Assembly (NCBI GenBank): GCA_964016885.1
Contig: OZ024742.1
Span: 134,354,001-134,418,000 of the forward strand
DNA: 64,000 nt
DNA from: Eledone cirrhosa
Taxonomy: Eukaryota
Direction of reading: 5' to 3'
Shown here: positions 42,504-55,178 of the stretch, piece after piece
Layout of the letters: the number at the start of each line of letters is the position of its first letter
Position numbering within the stretch: position 1 is the stretch's first letter
Notes under the pieces: model-generated
Databases searched by the model: none
Told to the model about the DNA's origin: nothing
The model's input: the letters and a program-made list of their open reading frames with translations, nothing else
Position numbers and translations under genes: made by a program

Positions 42504-42988
42504 TTTCAACAATGTCATTATTCCGTGTGTTATAATTCTCGATTATCATTGGTTCATAGGTTTCAAACGACTCCGCCCACCTCAACGACGCCAAACTTAA
42601 ATTAATATGCATAATGGCATTGAGGGAGTGAGAGGGGAGAGAGAGGTAAAGTGAACACTATGTATATGTGTCAGTGTAGAGACATGTGTGTGTGTGGAAA
42701 TAAGCGGGGAAGGAAAGCAATAACTATTCACATGTGTGCGTATGTTTCTGTGTGTGTGCGTGCGTACAGCATTCCACAGAAAGTAAAATCTATCAACATG
42801 TGTGAGTGTGTGAGTGTGTGTAAGTGTGTGCGTTTCCATGCGTGTATGTGTGTGTACGTGCGGGATCGTACAATCGCCACGCAGTTTATATGTATGTGTG
42901 CCTCTCTGTCAGTCTAACATACACAGAGTTGTGAAGGGAGTAAACAGGGACGTTTTTTTACATTGACGGACATCTTTTATATTAATTA

Positions 42989-43349
42989 TCTATATCTATA
43001 TCTACATATAATATAAAAGATTGGAACTTCTATCATCCTTTTGAGAAAAAGTTGAAGAACCACGTCTATGCAATGATACACGTTTTACAGTCAGGCAAAA
43101 GACGAACCATCTCCTAGAGGTCACTATTCTAGGTGGGAGCACCTAGAATTGTTCATATACTATGCACAAACGGTACAACGAAGAATCTGGTATATCTGGA
43201 AGATTGCTTTTACTGTTTTTTGTATCACACAGACACCACGGACTCGCCTCATACTGTAACCAGACAAACATCCAATACAATCATTTTTCTCTTTTACCTG
43301 TCTTCTCTTATCATCTGTTTACCCGGGCGACGCTGGGTACGTAAGCTAG
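42989..43349 (+). mobile_element. Non-autonomous Helitron with both termini
   Basis: 5' A|TC start. PIF1-helicase remnant (GTSIIL.R...PRLCNDTRFTVRQ..NHLLEVTILGG / ILCTNGTTKNLVY). 3' hairpin ACCCGGGCG-A-CGCTGGGT followed by CTAG|T. The subterminal sequence is shared with about 20995-21060. Confidence 0.88.
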
Positions 43350-43606
43350 TTTCATTAATGTTTATTTATTTACTTATTCTCAATTAAGTTCCTTCCGTAT
43401 TGTGGAATTAAAATAATGAACATACTTAACAGTAATAATTACCATGAATATGTTCTTTACATTTTATGATACTCAAATATAAAAGTTAATTAGAAATTAT
43501 AAAATTCTTATGTAAAGATTAATTAAACGTATATTATTGCTTGATTGTTTAGGTTTATTTTCATTGCGTTGAAGTGATCTATGTAAATACTATTATACAC
43601 ATAGTA

Positions 43607-44130
43607 TTCTTCTTCTTCTTCTTCTTCTTCTTCTTCTTCTTCTTCTTCTTCTTCTTCTTCTTCTTCTTCTTCTTCTTCTTCTTCTTCTTCTTCTTCTTCC
43701 TGAGAGGGTTGTGGAGGCAGTGTATTCAAACTCTCCCTCCAGCATGTCCTGTCAGAAACAACTTCTCCAACTGATTTGGGTGGATGCCCAATTGAGAACA
43801 GCCACGCTCATGTTTATTATCCAACCATCTTCCTCGGGGTCTACCCCTAACTCTCCTGTTGGTTGATTTTGTCTATGAAATCTTACCAGTGATTCTTTCT
43901 TGGTACATTCTAACCACATTCACACGGTATCGGAGCTGTGATATATCAATTCGGAGAAGTAGCGGCTCTACCTAGAGTCATTCTCTGATATCTGAGCTAC
44001 GCATTCTATAGAGTAACGTTACTCCAATGGCCCTTTGAAGGAACTCCATATCGGCGGCTTGTATTCACGATCGTATTTTTCTGCCATTACCTAAGATTCA
44101 AAACAATAGGTAATGTTTGGCACGAATACC
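43607..44130 (-). mobile_element. RTE-clade LINE 3' end with (GAA)n tail
   Basis: Minus strand: RS*IQAADMEFLQRAIGVTLLYRMRSSDIRE..VEPLLLRIDISQLRY...VRMYQERI...RGRPRGRWLD...SDRTCWRESL, followed by (GAA)~30 at 43607-43698. Confidence 0.85.
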
Positions 44131-45275
44131 GAATTGAGTTTGGCTTCTACACCTACCCCGCTTATTTTCCAAAATTCAATATCTGTGTAAAATGTTTAAT
44201 TATCTCAAATGGCAAATTCAAATATGATGTTTTCAACATGATTTTATAGAGAAAGGTTGACCCATTGTTCACGAAACCTCTCATGTTCTTGAGTAAATCA
44301 TCTGTATCAATCCCTATAGTTAGGAAATCTAGATCTAGAAGCTGCTTAACCTATATTGTTAGTACGATAATATGTTTATATATATCGTAGATGTGTTTTT
44401 TTAATATAAAATAGATACAATTATTTATAGAATTCTAAATGAATCTCTCGGAATCAACACAGTTAACGAAACATCCTCTGTCAAACACTGCGTCAATAGG
44501 CATTGAGAGCCGTCTTACTATTTTCACACCCTTGAATGAATCTTCACAGTTGAGCTGAGAATCACTCAAAGATTTGTAAATTCGTCAATCTAGATTTGAC
44601 GTATGGAATATTATTTAAAAATATATAATCGGAAACATTTTACTTTCAACTTTACATTCCACCAATATACCTTAGTGTAGTCTAACCAAAGAGGAAATGT
44701 ACTTTCACTTGAGTATAAATAATATTCCAGCAAAAATATTAAGAAAGTTTATACTGATACAGTTGGATCACATTCACAACTCCAGGATACCATCACAGAA
44801 GCTGATTTTATAGAAGAAATTCAAAACTTAGAACAATAACAGCAGTGAGAAAATTAATGTAAGATCTTGGTCTTCACTGCAAAAGTAACATACGTCAGTA
44901 AAAAGTAACATTTGTAGAAAATGTTAATGATAAAGTAAAAATTAAAAGTTGTAGAAAATGTTCAATGATAAAGTGAGTTTTTCTATGAGAAAAAGATAAA
45001 AATGATTTTTGATTTGTTACTATAAATGTTTTATTTCTTAAAACGGGGTTTTCTGGTTTTTCTTACTGCATTTTTTCAATGACTTCTTCAAAATACCGAA
45101 TGAAATTTGTATGATTTTTTTCAGTTTTTCTAACTTTCCAAATCGAAAGCGTATGCAGATTGTATGCTTTTCAGTCTCATATGTTATGTTATATAATACA
45201 GATATACTAACGCATATGTGTGTGTTTCTCTATATATATATACAATATATATACATAGAAAGAGGTACACTAACA

Positions 45276-45350
<75 letters not shown>

Positions 45351-45374
45351 TATATATATTTTTATATAGAAGTG

Positions 45375-45460
45375 CGTCTACAGGACTAGAACTGTTTCAT
45401 TCGTGAAAAATCATCAGTTCTCTGATGATTTCTCATGAATGAAACTTTTCTAGTCCTTAG
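45375..45460. repeat. Short fold-back with back-to-back partial hammerhead cores
   Basis: AGGACTAGAACTGTTTCATTC...TCATCAG-TTCT-CTGATGA...GAATGAAACTTTTCTAGTCCT; both strands read CTGATGA..GAAA..GTC. Confidence 0.65.
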
Positions 45461-45583
45461 AAGCTCTTCAATATCAAAACTGTTATACTCTGCTATGTAT
45501 TGAGTACCTTACTTACTGTGGCTACCTCCGATTCAACCCGGAATAACAACATATATATATATATATATAGATACATGTATGTA

Positions 45584-45633
<50 letters not shown>

Positions 45634-46088
45634 CATATTACCTATTTCTATGTATATATATACAGAGAGAGAGATAAAGAGAGGGGGTAAATACATATAT
45701 GTTCGCACGAGCCAAAAACTTTGGCACACGTGCATTATGCACATAGAGAAAGGAAACCTACACATTATATGAATTATATTCAATTGTGACGCACACATTA
45801 ATCAAAAAAGAAATTGTATGTGTTGCACTTAACCAGACATAGTACGTTTATAAAGGTTATAGAAACATGTTATGCAATGTCATATATATTATCTATCTTA
45901 AAATGTATATGTGTGTCCTGTGTACTCAGACATATATCAATGGAGACACTGGAATAGGAAGACCAAGGTTAACATATGTTCATGCCCTATGGACAGATAT
46001 TGGTCTGTTGGATAGCAGTACATGGCATTGATAATGAGGGACAGAGACCGCTGGAGAAAACTCGTCCATGGAATTTTACCGCCATAGA

Positions 46089-46124
<36 letters not shown>

Positions 46125-46244
46125 AAAGTTCTATTTAAAATTGTTGGGATACAACAAGTAAATATTTTATAACTGATATAAAGCACTCGACAAGTTTTTG
46201 GAGTAGATATATCGTATATATATATTTTTTGGAGTAGATATATC

Positions 46245-46289
<45 letters not shown>

Positions 46290-46570
46290 AAATTTGAAGT
46301 AACGTAGGGGGTTGTGTGGTTACTGTAAACAAAGTATTATATAGTAATATGGACATAAACAAGGGAAGAGACCCTTCATTAGCTGTTAACTGTGATCATA
46401 GATGTTACGGCGCTTAAAACAGGACATGGAAATCGATCAGCAGCGCGCCCAAGGGCTTTTATCGATGAAAAGGCCAGGGCCGAAAGAAAAGACAAAATCG
46501 CGAAGATAGAGGAAGAAAGAAGAAAAAGGAAAGAGGAAAAAACGAAGTAAACAAATTGAATGGAGGGGCT

Positions 46571-46717
<147 letters not shown>

Positions 46718-46718
46718 A

Positions 46719-46754
<36 letters not shown>

Positions 46755-47091
46755 TGTGTGTCTGTGTCTGTGTGTGTGTGTCTGTGTGAATGTGCCGGTG
46801 TGTGTGTGTCTGTGTGAATGTGCCGGTGTGTGTGTGTGTGCTCCTGTATGTCTGTAGAAATGTGTCAGTGTGTGCCTATTTGGAAGAAAATTTGTGTATT
46901 TACATTCAAGAAACACATTTTAAATTGAAAGGTGTATTTGTTATATTGATTGTTTTAGATTAGTTATTGCTACTGTTGTTTTTTTTCTTTCTATTGCATC
47001 GTTGAAACTGTTGCGAAAATGTCATCAAACTTTTCAAAATGTTCGGAAGATAGTCGTCGGTATATATATATATATAAACTGAGTTTATCCA

Positions 47092-47210
47092 ATATCTCTG
47101 AAGAAGTGACAACTGTTTATGCATTTGCTATCGAATACATGCTACATTATATGATTACGCAAGCAGTGATGCATAGGTATTCCGTCTGTTACAGAAACAT
47201 ATGTCAATAC
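47092..47210 (+). ncRNA. Hammerhead motif with long stem II insert and degenerate stem I
   Basis: CTGAAGA-A-GTGACA...TGTTAC-A-GAAA-CATATG-TC; the downstream tail resembles the 18-kb element family. Confidence 0.62.
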
Positions 47211-47383
47211 CTAATAAATTCCTTTATAAAAGCACTTTCATTTTATATTCATCTTTTCTACATTTTCTCCGGAATATAATTTATACTCGTTGAGCAAACC
47301 TACACGTACGCTGTTCATCTCTAACGTGACGATATATTATCACTACATTATTGATAACTTGAAATTTATATATATATATATAT

Positions 47384-47575
47384 ATAGGAACGAGTAGGAC
47401 GCTTACCTCAAGCCGCTCCAACGGCTAATTCTGAATTGAGTCCAGAATTAGCCGTTGAATCGGCTTGAGCTTAGCCGTCGGCGTCCTACTCGTTCCTATT
47501 ACCCACTTTACTACCCTAAGTATTGAGTACTTTGGTGCGTTATGGTCCACCTGGTTCCTTACCACATTTCCTTCG

Positions 47576-47578
<3 letters not shown>
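47384..47578. mobile_element. TA-flanked repeat with fold-back end (family also at 51655-51816, 53880-54030, 54672-55075)
   Basis: Shared AGCCGTCGAAACGGCTTGAGCTCAGCCGTCGGGGTCTTACT...CCCTAAGTATTGAGTACTTTGGTGCGTTATGGTCCAC; imperfect hairpin at 47384-47499. Confidence 0.85.
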
Positions 47579-47620
<42 letters not shown>

Positions 47621-47643
47621 CATATATATATATATAAATATTA

Positions 47644-48263
47644 AACATGAGAAGAAAGAAGAATACTGCGTGGATTGCACATGGGTTACATATGATAAAA
47701 ATAGCCCTTCGTCAGTGATTTTCCAACCATCATTGGTATTACATCGCATTAAAAATCAGATACCTCAGGTTGGTGCGAGCAATAACTAAAACAATTTATT
47801 GGGACCAGTAATTCGCGTAAAGCGAGGGGGTCAAGTAAACAACATAGAAGGATGAAAGCAAACCGAAGATAGGAAAATAAACAAGCAACATGGTTGTCCG
47901 GTCAGCATAATCTGGTGGATTTCATGAGCGGGAGATGTACATACCGTGTCGATGTTTGTGAGATGTGAGCAAAAAGGGACCCACACAAGCCAAACGGGAG
48001 GAAGTGAGAAGGGGAGAAACAGATAGTGAGTGAATGGAAGTGTGAGGAAGAGGTCAGTCGAGAGAAAGTGTAACTGACAGAGGGGGCGAAAGAAGGTGAG
48101 AGAAACAGAGAGAGCAGGGAAGCAGTAAGAGAGAAACAGACAAACGCAGCCGAGGTAAATATATATAAAAAATCATGAGAAGAAAGAAGAATACTGCGTG
48201 GTTTGCACTGGGTTACATATGATAAAAATAGTCCTTCGTCAGTGATTTTCCAACCATCATTGG

Positions 48264-48268
<5 letters not shown>
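47644..48268 (-). mobile_element. TA-flanked element with ~95-bp terminal direct repeats (pLTR-like partial tandem)
   Basis: 47645-47740 is repeated at about 48174-48268; (TA)n lies on both sides. Confidence 0.7.
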
Positions 48269-48317
<49 letters not shown>

Positions 48318-48597
48318 TAAATCACGTCTTTAGAATCATCAGATAATAAAATATATACTATTTCTTCTTCTAATTAGCATAACTAACCATATAAAAAATC
48401 AATCAGAACAAGCTATAAGAATAAATGCTCTTATGGGGAAATCTCCGACAAATAACCGAACGTAGCCTCTTCGCGGCGGCCCCAATCGAGTATTTATCCA
48501 ACATTTCGACAGCATGTAGAAACTGACTAAATATACCTTCAACCATACACAATTAGGTGTAAAATTAAACTAAGAAGAAATGCGCACATACACACGC

Positions 48598-48636
<39 letters not shown>

Positions 48637-50499
48637 ATATATATATGTGTGTGTGTGTGCATGTGTGTATGGGTGGTGAATGTCTACTGATACTTTATAA
48701 GTCTTCATATTTGTGTATCCGTCGAACAATCTAATAATATTCATAAAAGTGTATACTAAATTAGCTATAAACATCTTCACTGTGAAACAGTATACATATA
48801 CACCCTTTAATAGTGAAAATATGTGTAGCTACTTTGACTTATTTAATGCTTAAATGAAAGAAAAGATAACGAAATGTTTAAATATATGGAAAAATCAATC
48901 GTTAGCTAAAGGGAAAGAGTTATAACGATTATCACAAATATAACAGCCACTGGTCACAAGAAAAAAAGTTTAAAACATTATTTATTTGTTGAACTGCATG
49001 AGGGTATATCCTTGAATTTCTTGGTTCATTTGCTGACATGTACTGCTCAGTTTCTGCTACGTTAAAACTCTGCTTTTCTTCAAATACCTCTTTGATTTCT
49101 AAATAGTTGAGTTATTAACTGCCAGTTGAGTTCTGACATATATGTGCCAACTTTAGATAAATCTTTGTTATAATCTGGAAAATTTATTTGTATATATTCT
49201 TTCTACATGGAAATTGTCGTAGTCGTTGAGCTATCCGTCTATCTGGCATATCATCGAAATAATGCAGGGTTTGTTGGGCTTCAGGAAGAACGATGTTGCT
49301 ATTTCATAACTTATTTGTCGAATTCCCATCACTCTTCATACTGATACAAATGTTAAAGCTAACAATATTCATGTACTCAAATCGAACTTTGATCTATGTT
49401 GTATAATTATTTCAAGTTGTTACATTGAATTATTTAAAATGCATATAGCGTCCCTTCTATTTGAATTTGGAGATCCTATCACACATGATTTCAATGTAGT
49501 TTCCAGAAATCGATTTTTACTGAAAATAGTACACATATTGATTCTAATTTCTTTATCACTTGTAAAAAATATCAAGTAAGTTTCTTCCAAATTTGGAAAT
49601 AATAAAGCCAAACAACAGTGAAGTTTGTTCTTTTAATCCATGCTGGAGATAGAGCTGATAGATTAATATAGGAACATTTTTAAATGTCCTGCTCACTTTG
49701 TAAAAGAAACATTGTATAATGGATAATTTTGGAAACAATATTACACGTGTTTTAACTGTTCTTGATGCACTCATGGATATTTATTAACTTTAAATGTTAA
49801 GGCAAATTAGTAGGGAAAATATTAGTTCACTACAAATTGATGGTAACGTTGATTTTGCAATGATTTGTTACCGACAAATCATATTGTTCGTTTAATTCTT
49901 CGCATATCTGGAAGATTAAGTGTAACAGCTCAGCTGCAATTTTCCAACGCACTGGATATTATTACATGAGTGGTAACTTTTGAAGATTTTTGAACTGCGT
50001 ATTTGTGCTAATGACTTAATATTTACAAATACTTTAGCGTCAAAAATGTGTTCGGTCTCAGATTTTAATATTTTATTGTTAACAGCAAATGATCGAGCAA
50101 GGCGTTTCATTGTATAGAATGTGTAACACTTCTAATAGATACTATCAAACTTCTGACCCTGTAACATGTATAAACACTGTGAATCACCTTTCTGTGATCT
50201 TTCTCTAAATCAATATATGATGGATACATCATGGATTACATAATTGTCAATATAAATGCATTTAAATATAAACATTTAATATTAGTAACAATTTCATACA
50301 GCCGACAAACAACCATGTGAAACCTTTGACATAAACTGATGTAGCTGGGAGGCTAAAAGAGAATTAATTAAAACTAAATGTAGTTTAGCCGAGTGTTACG
50401 TGCGTAACTCTTTCATATTCCATCTTTGTTAGACATAGAGAATGACAGTAATACTGACAATACTTTTGTTAATTTAAATATCTATATTTATTAATTCTT

Positions 50500-51380
50500 T
50501 TAGAGAAAGTAAAAATAAAACATGAATTTGGTTCAACGCACCCTTCAACCTGCAAACTATTGGACACATCCCCAAAAAATTATTTGAAATTCTACATAAA
50601 CATTTTCCACCAAACCACAGATACCACCAAATATTTAACAAATATACTGTTAAATTCTCATACTCTACATCAAACAATTTCCAGCAAAAAATAAGCAACT
50701 ACAACATTTATAACATAATTTTAATAGGACTGCACCTTTTAAAAAGGCAAATAATACAATCCTTCAACCTAGAAACCACAACCACCAAAATCACCAACAC
50801 AAAAACAACAGAACATAAAATCACAATACGACCATAGCACCAAACCACCCACAAAGCAACCTTCATTCTCCTGCTATCATTAATTACAATAGGAATAGCT
50901 CAAGGATTACTGAGAATAGTATAGGCACCCCCAACAACCATCTTACGTATGGTGTAATTGTAGAAATAGAAGCATTTGCCCCTTAAAAGGCAACTGTTTG
51001 ATTAATAATGTAATATATAAATGCACTGTGTCTACTACAGACTCCAACAAAACATATATTGGATCTACATCAAACACATTTAAGAAAAGATTTTACGCAC
51101 ACTCTAGTAGTTTCAACAATACTAAACTAGCTAACACCACATCTTTAGCTGAAGCGGTAAATAATTATTAAAAAAAAAAAAATAGATTTCATGTTATCGT
51201 GGAACACCATTCTACAAAGAACTCCATATCTTGGGAACAGGAGGGAATGCAGATTATGTTCAGGGGAGATCTTGGAAATTACTAAATCTAAGGACTATTT
51301 ATTATATAAAAAGGCAGGAACTGATCATAGTTTGTAATCACCGTATACGAAGAACATTTAAATACTATAAACCTAATTAA
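50500..51380 (+). mobile_element. Penelope-like (Neptune-type) retroelement fragment: RT C-terminus/linker plus GIY-YIG endonuclease, pseudogenised
   Basis: IWFNAPFN......PKKLFEILHKHFPPNHRYHQIFNKYTVKFSYS from about 50526; CNCRNRSICPLKGNCLINNVIYKCTV......YIGSTSNTFKKRFYAHSSSF from 50953; later CRLCSGE. These are Neptune-clade motifs. Confidence 0.92.
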
Positions 51381-51619
51381 ATATTCTAAATAGCAACTCA
51401 ATATCATTCTATATAGAGTAACATTTATTACTATCCCTTTCCCCTAATTATATGCATTCATTTTTACCTTTTAATGTTTTAGCTTCCTTAGGTTTATGCG
51501 TTAATGACTAAAGGCAATAAGATACACAGCCACCCGTAATTGCATAAGTAAAAGTATATATCTATGTATGATATGGAAATATATTTATGTGTGTATATAT
51601 ATATATTTATGTATGTATA

Positions 51620-51654
<35 letters not shown>

Positions 51655-51655
<1 letters not shown>

Positions 51656-51811
51656 ACGAAGGAAATGTGGTAAGGAACCATGTGGACCATAACGCACCAA
51701 AATACTCAATACTTAGGGTAGTAGAGAGGGTAATAGGAACAAGTAAGACCCCGACGGCTGAGCTCAAGCCGTTTCGACGGCTTGAGCTCAGCCATCGGGG
51801 TCTTACTTGTT

Positions 51812-51816
<5 letters not shown>
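51655..51816. mobile_element. Same family as 47384-47578, ending in a 40-bp hairpin (51733-51816, TTCG loop)
   Basis: Direct reading; (TA)n on both sides. Confidence 0.88.
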
Positions 51817-51858
<42 letters not shown>

Positions 51859-51984
51859 ATGTGTGTATATTCATATATGTGTGTTTGTGTGTGTATATGT
51901 GAGTATATGTGTACGAGTGTTTATATATGAGTGAGTGTACATTTATGAGGTGTGTACATACACACATATATATTTGCGTGTGTG

Positions 51985-52083
<99 letters not shown>

Positions 52084-52460
52084 AACCACCTAGGTACTAT
52101 GACATAACCTGTGTATTTGCTAGCATGGGCGTGCATCTGTGCGCTTATGTTAGTTGATATATTAAATTATCTATATTTATCTCCAAATCACTGATTTGTC
52201 GAGCAAACTTGCCAAAACCACTTCTAAAAAAACTTTTTTTTGGAGTGTTAGTAGGCGTCAGTCATCTTACTATCCCATTCCTTCTAACTAGCCTCTGTGT
52301 CACGTGATTGATTCTTTAGAATCGGCCATTTGACTTGAAGCAGTGAGAATTTCGGTACATAGAATCCAGTCCTCGCAAGCTGTTCGATCTACCGAATTAT
52401 TATTATTTTTATATGAGCCGACAGTGTCCGCGCATTGCCTGGAGACTTAACTGAAAATAG

Positions 52461-52542
52461 ACTCCCTGATGACGCAATGAATTCTCGACAGTTGGATTAC
52501 GTAACTGTCTTTATCCCATTGCAGAAACTAATTAGTTGGAGT
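52461..52542 (+). ncRNA. Type I hammerhead ribozyme motif with intact core
   Basis: ACTCC-CTGATGA-C-GCAATG...[GACAGTT..AACTGTC]...CATTGC-A-GAAA-CTAATTAG-TT-GGAGT: 5-bp stem I, extended stem II, palindromic stem III, GUU triplet. Confidence 0.85.
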
Positions 52543-53465
52543 GAAAATTTAAGTAAGTAAACAATTTTTTAAAAACATTTTTTTTAAAGAATATTTTCTT
52601 ATTTTACGTCTTTTATATATATATATATATATGTATATATGTGGGTATACGTGTGTATGTGTTGATATAAATATATATGGATATGTCTGTATATGATTAT
52701 GTGCACATGTGTAAATGTGTATTTGGGTTTGCATATATTTGTGCGTATGTATATTTTTGGTTGGATATCAATATAACTGTACCTCTCTATATATAGTGTG
52801 GATATATGCACTTTGTAATCTATGAAATTTATGTGTTTTAACTATGCCAACATGTATTTATCTGAGTTTGATTATTTATACATAAACATACTTGATAGTA
52901 TTTTAGAAGGTATCATATGCTGTATTATACTAAGTGCAATTTACCACACCGTACTATATTGTGTTGGTCATGTGGTATATTATCGCATTACTGTATTTCA
53001 TTACCTTATTATAATTTTCAACTTTCAATATACTATCTTTCCTAGCCATAACCTTAATTTATATTCACCTAAAAACTCAATACAACACTAATCACCATCT
53101 ATTTTTCAATTTATTTTTATTTTTACATTCCTTTTAAACTTCACTATACCAGATACATTCAACTATCAGTTTGACAATCCCTTTCCTCCTAATAAATTTG
53201 TATGCCAATTCTACTATTAACACCATTCAACCATTCCATTCAAAGGGTCATGCTCAACTAAAGTGCATTACTTTTCATCTTAACACGATATGGAAAAAAC
53301 AATTTGATTGGTTAGTTCTTCAACATCCTTCAAACAAGGACATGATACTAACATACTACTAATTCTGAATAAAACATATTATTGCTTTTGAAAACAGCTG
53401 GTGATATTCATGTAGATAAATATTCTCTTTATCTGATATTTTGTAAGTAACCTTACATATATATA

Positions 53466-53550
<85 letters not shown>

Positions 53551-53568
53551 ATATATATATATATATAA

Positions 53569-53632
<64 letters not shown>

Positions 53633-53879
53633 ACAAATACTTACACGCACCCACAAACACTCTCCATCCACACACACATATACATATATATATATATATA
53701 TATATATGTTTATGTATTTGTAAGTTCACAAAAGTGGTATTTTACAGATATTCAAGTTTGTTGGGTTTAATAACAACTCATTCCTTCTGTCATATTCAAA
53801 GGTACCCTATTACAATATAGCAAGATGAATGAGTTGGTATTAAACCCAAAGAAAATCCAGTATCTGCGTAATGCTACCA

Positions 53880-54029
53880 TTTCGACGGCTAATTCTGTAC
53901 AGAATTAGCCGTCGAAACGGCTTGAGCTCAGCCTTCGGGGTCTTACTTACTCCTATTACCCACTCTACTACCCTAAGTATTGAGTACTTTGGTGCGTTAT
54001 GGTCCACCTGGTTCCTTACCACTTTTCCC

Positions 54030-54030
<1 letters not shown>
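53880..54030. mobile_element. Same family as 47384-47578, beginning with a perfect 38-bp palindrome (53880-53917)
   Basis: TTTCGACGGCTAATTCTGT|ACAGAATTAGCCGTCGAAA. Confidence 0.88.
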
Positions 54031-54067
<37 letters not shown>

Positions 54068-54671
54068 TATATACGTGCGTGTGTGGAGAGAGCGAGAGGA
54101 GGACGTAAGAAAGGAAGGAAGATATGAACATTGAATTAGAAGATTTCGCCGAAACTTTTACTGAATTCATATTTTCAATTATTAACGAGCATATGAACCC
54201 ATTGGGCATACCTTGTAAATATCTCTCTCTCCCTTTATATATATACATATATATATAACAAAAGCTATGAAGTTTTGTTTGCATATATTTAGTTTATTAT
54301 TGTGTATCGACCATTTACGCGCCTTTCGCAAGGGTTTCGGTCATTGTAATCCATAGAGGTTATGGACCCGACACCATTATCGATTTAGTTATGAGGCTGG
54401 CGAGTTTTAAAACGTATAGTATTTGTCGGATAGACAATCTAAAAGGGAGATTGATGATGGAGTCGGTCCATAAATTCTATGGATGACCGTGACCCTATCC
54501 TGAACGATAAGCGAGTAACATATCGATGTACAATATAACCATCGTCACCCTTTCGTTCAACACATATACAGGAACGATGTACTAATTTCAAGCTTATTAG
54601 CTATCGTCAGCATCTTATACCTTTCTGTTAGATGATTGAACGTCTTAAACTATATACTTTCCTTATGTATA

Positions 54672-55075
54672 TTAACGGCTGAGCAGCCTAATTTGCATGT
54701 CGATAGAGTTTGTCGGTGTTGAATAAAAGTGCGACGATGGTTGCCGAGTACTGTACGGCTAAATTCGGGCTGTTTGGTTACAAACAAACCGAACATTATA
54801 ATAAATGTTCGGTAAACCCATACGTACATATATCTGTGTGTGCATGTATGTACATATATACATAATATTGTCCGTCTGTACACATATATGTATGTACGTA
54901 TACATACTTATATTTAGGTATCAGCCGTACTAAGAGTGAGAAATAAAATTTCGTTTCATTCTTTTCCATTTATCGTTTTCGGCATGCCCGGCCGACAAAC
55001 TCACTCGATATGCAAATTAGGCTGCTCAGCCGTCGAAACGGCTTGAGCTCAGCTGTCGGGGTCTTACTGGTTCCT
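54672..55075. repeat. Inverted ~45-bp arms related to the 47.4-kb family
   Basis: ACGGCTGAGCAGCCTAATTTGCAT...GTTTGTCGG (54674-54716) versus its reverse complement at 54992-55033, followed by GAAACGGCTTGAGCTCAG. Confidence 0.75.
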
Positions 55076-55112
55076 ATATATATATATATATATACACACA
55101 CATATGAATATA

Positions 55113-55166
<54 letters not shown>

Positions 55167-55178
<12 letters not shown>

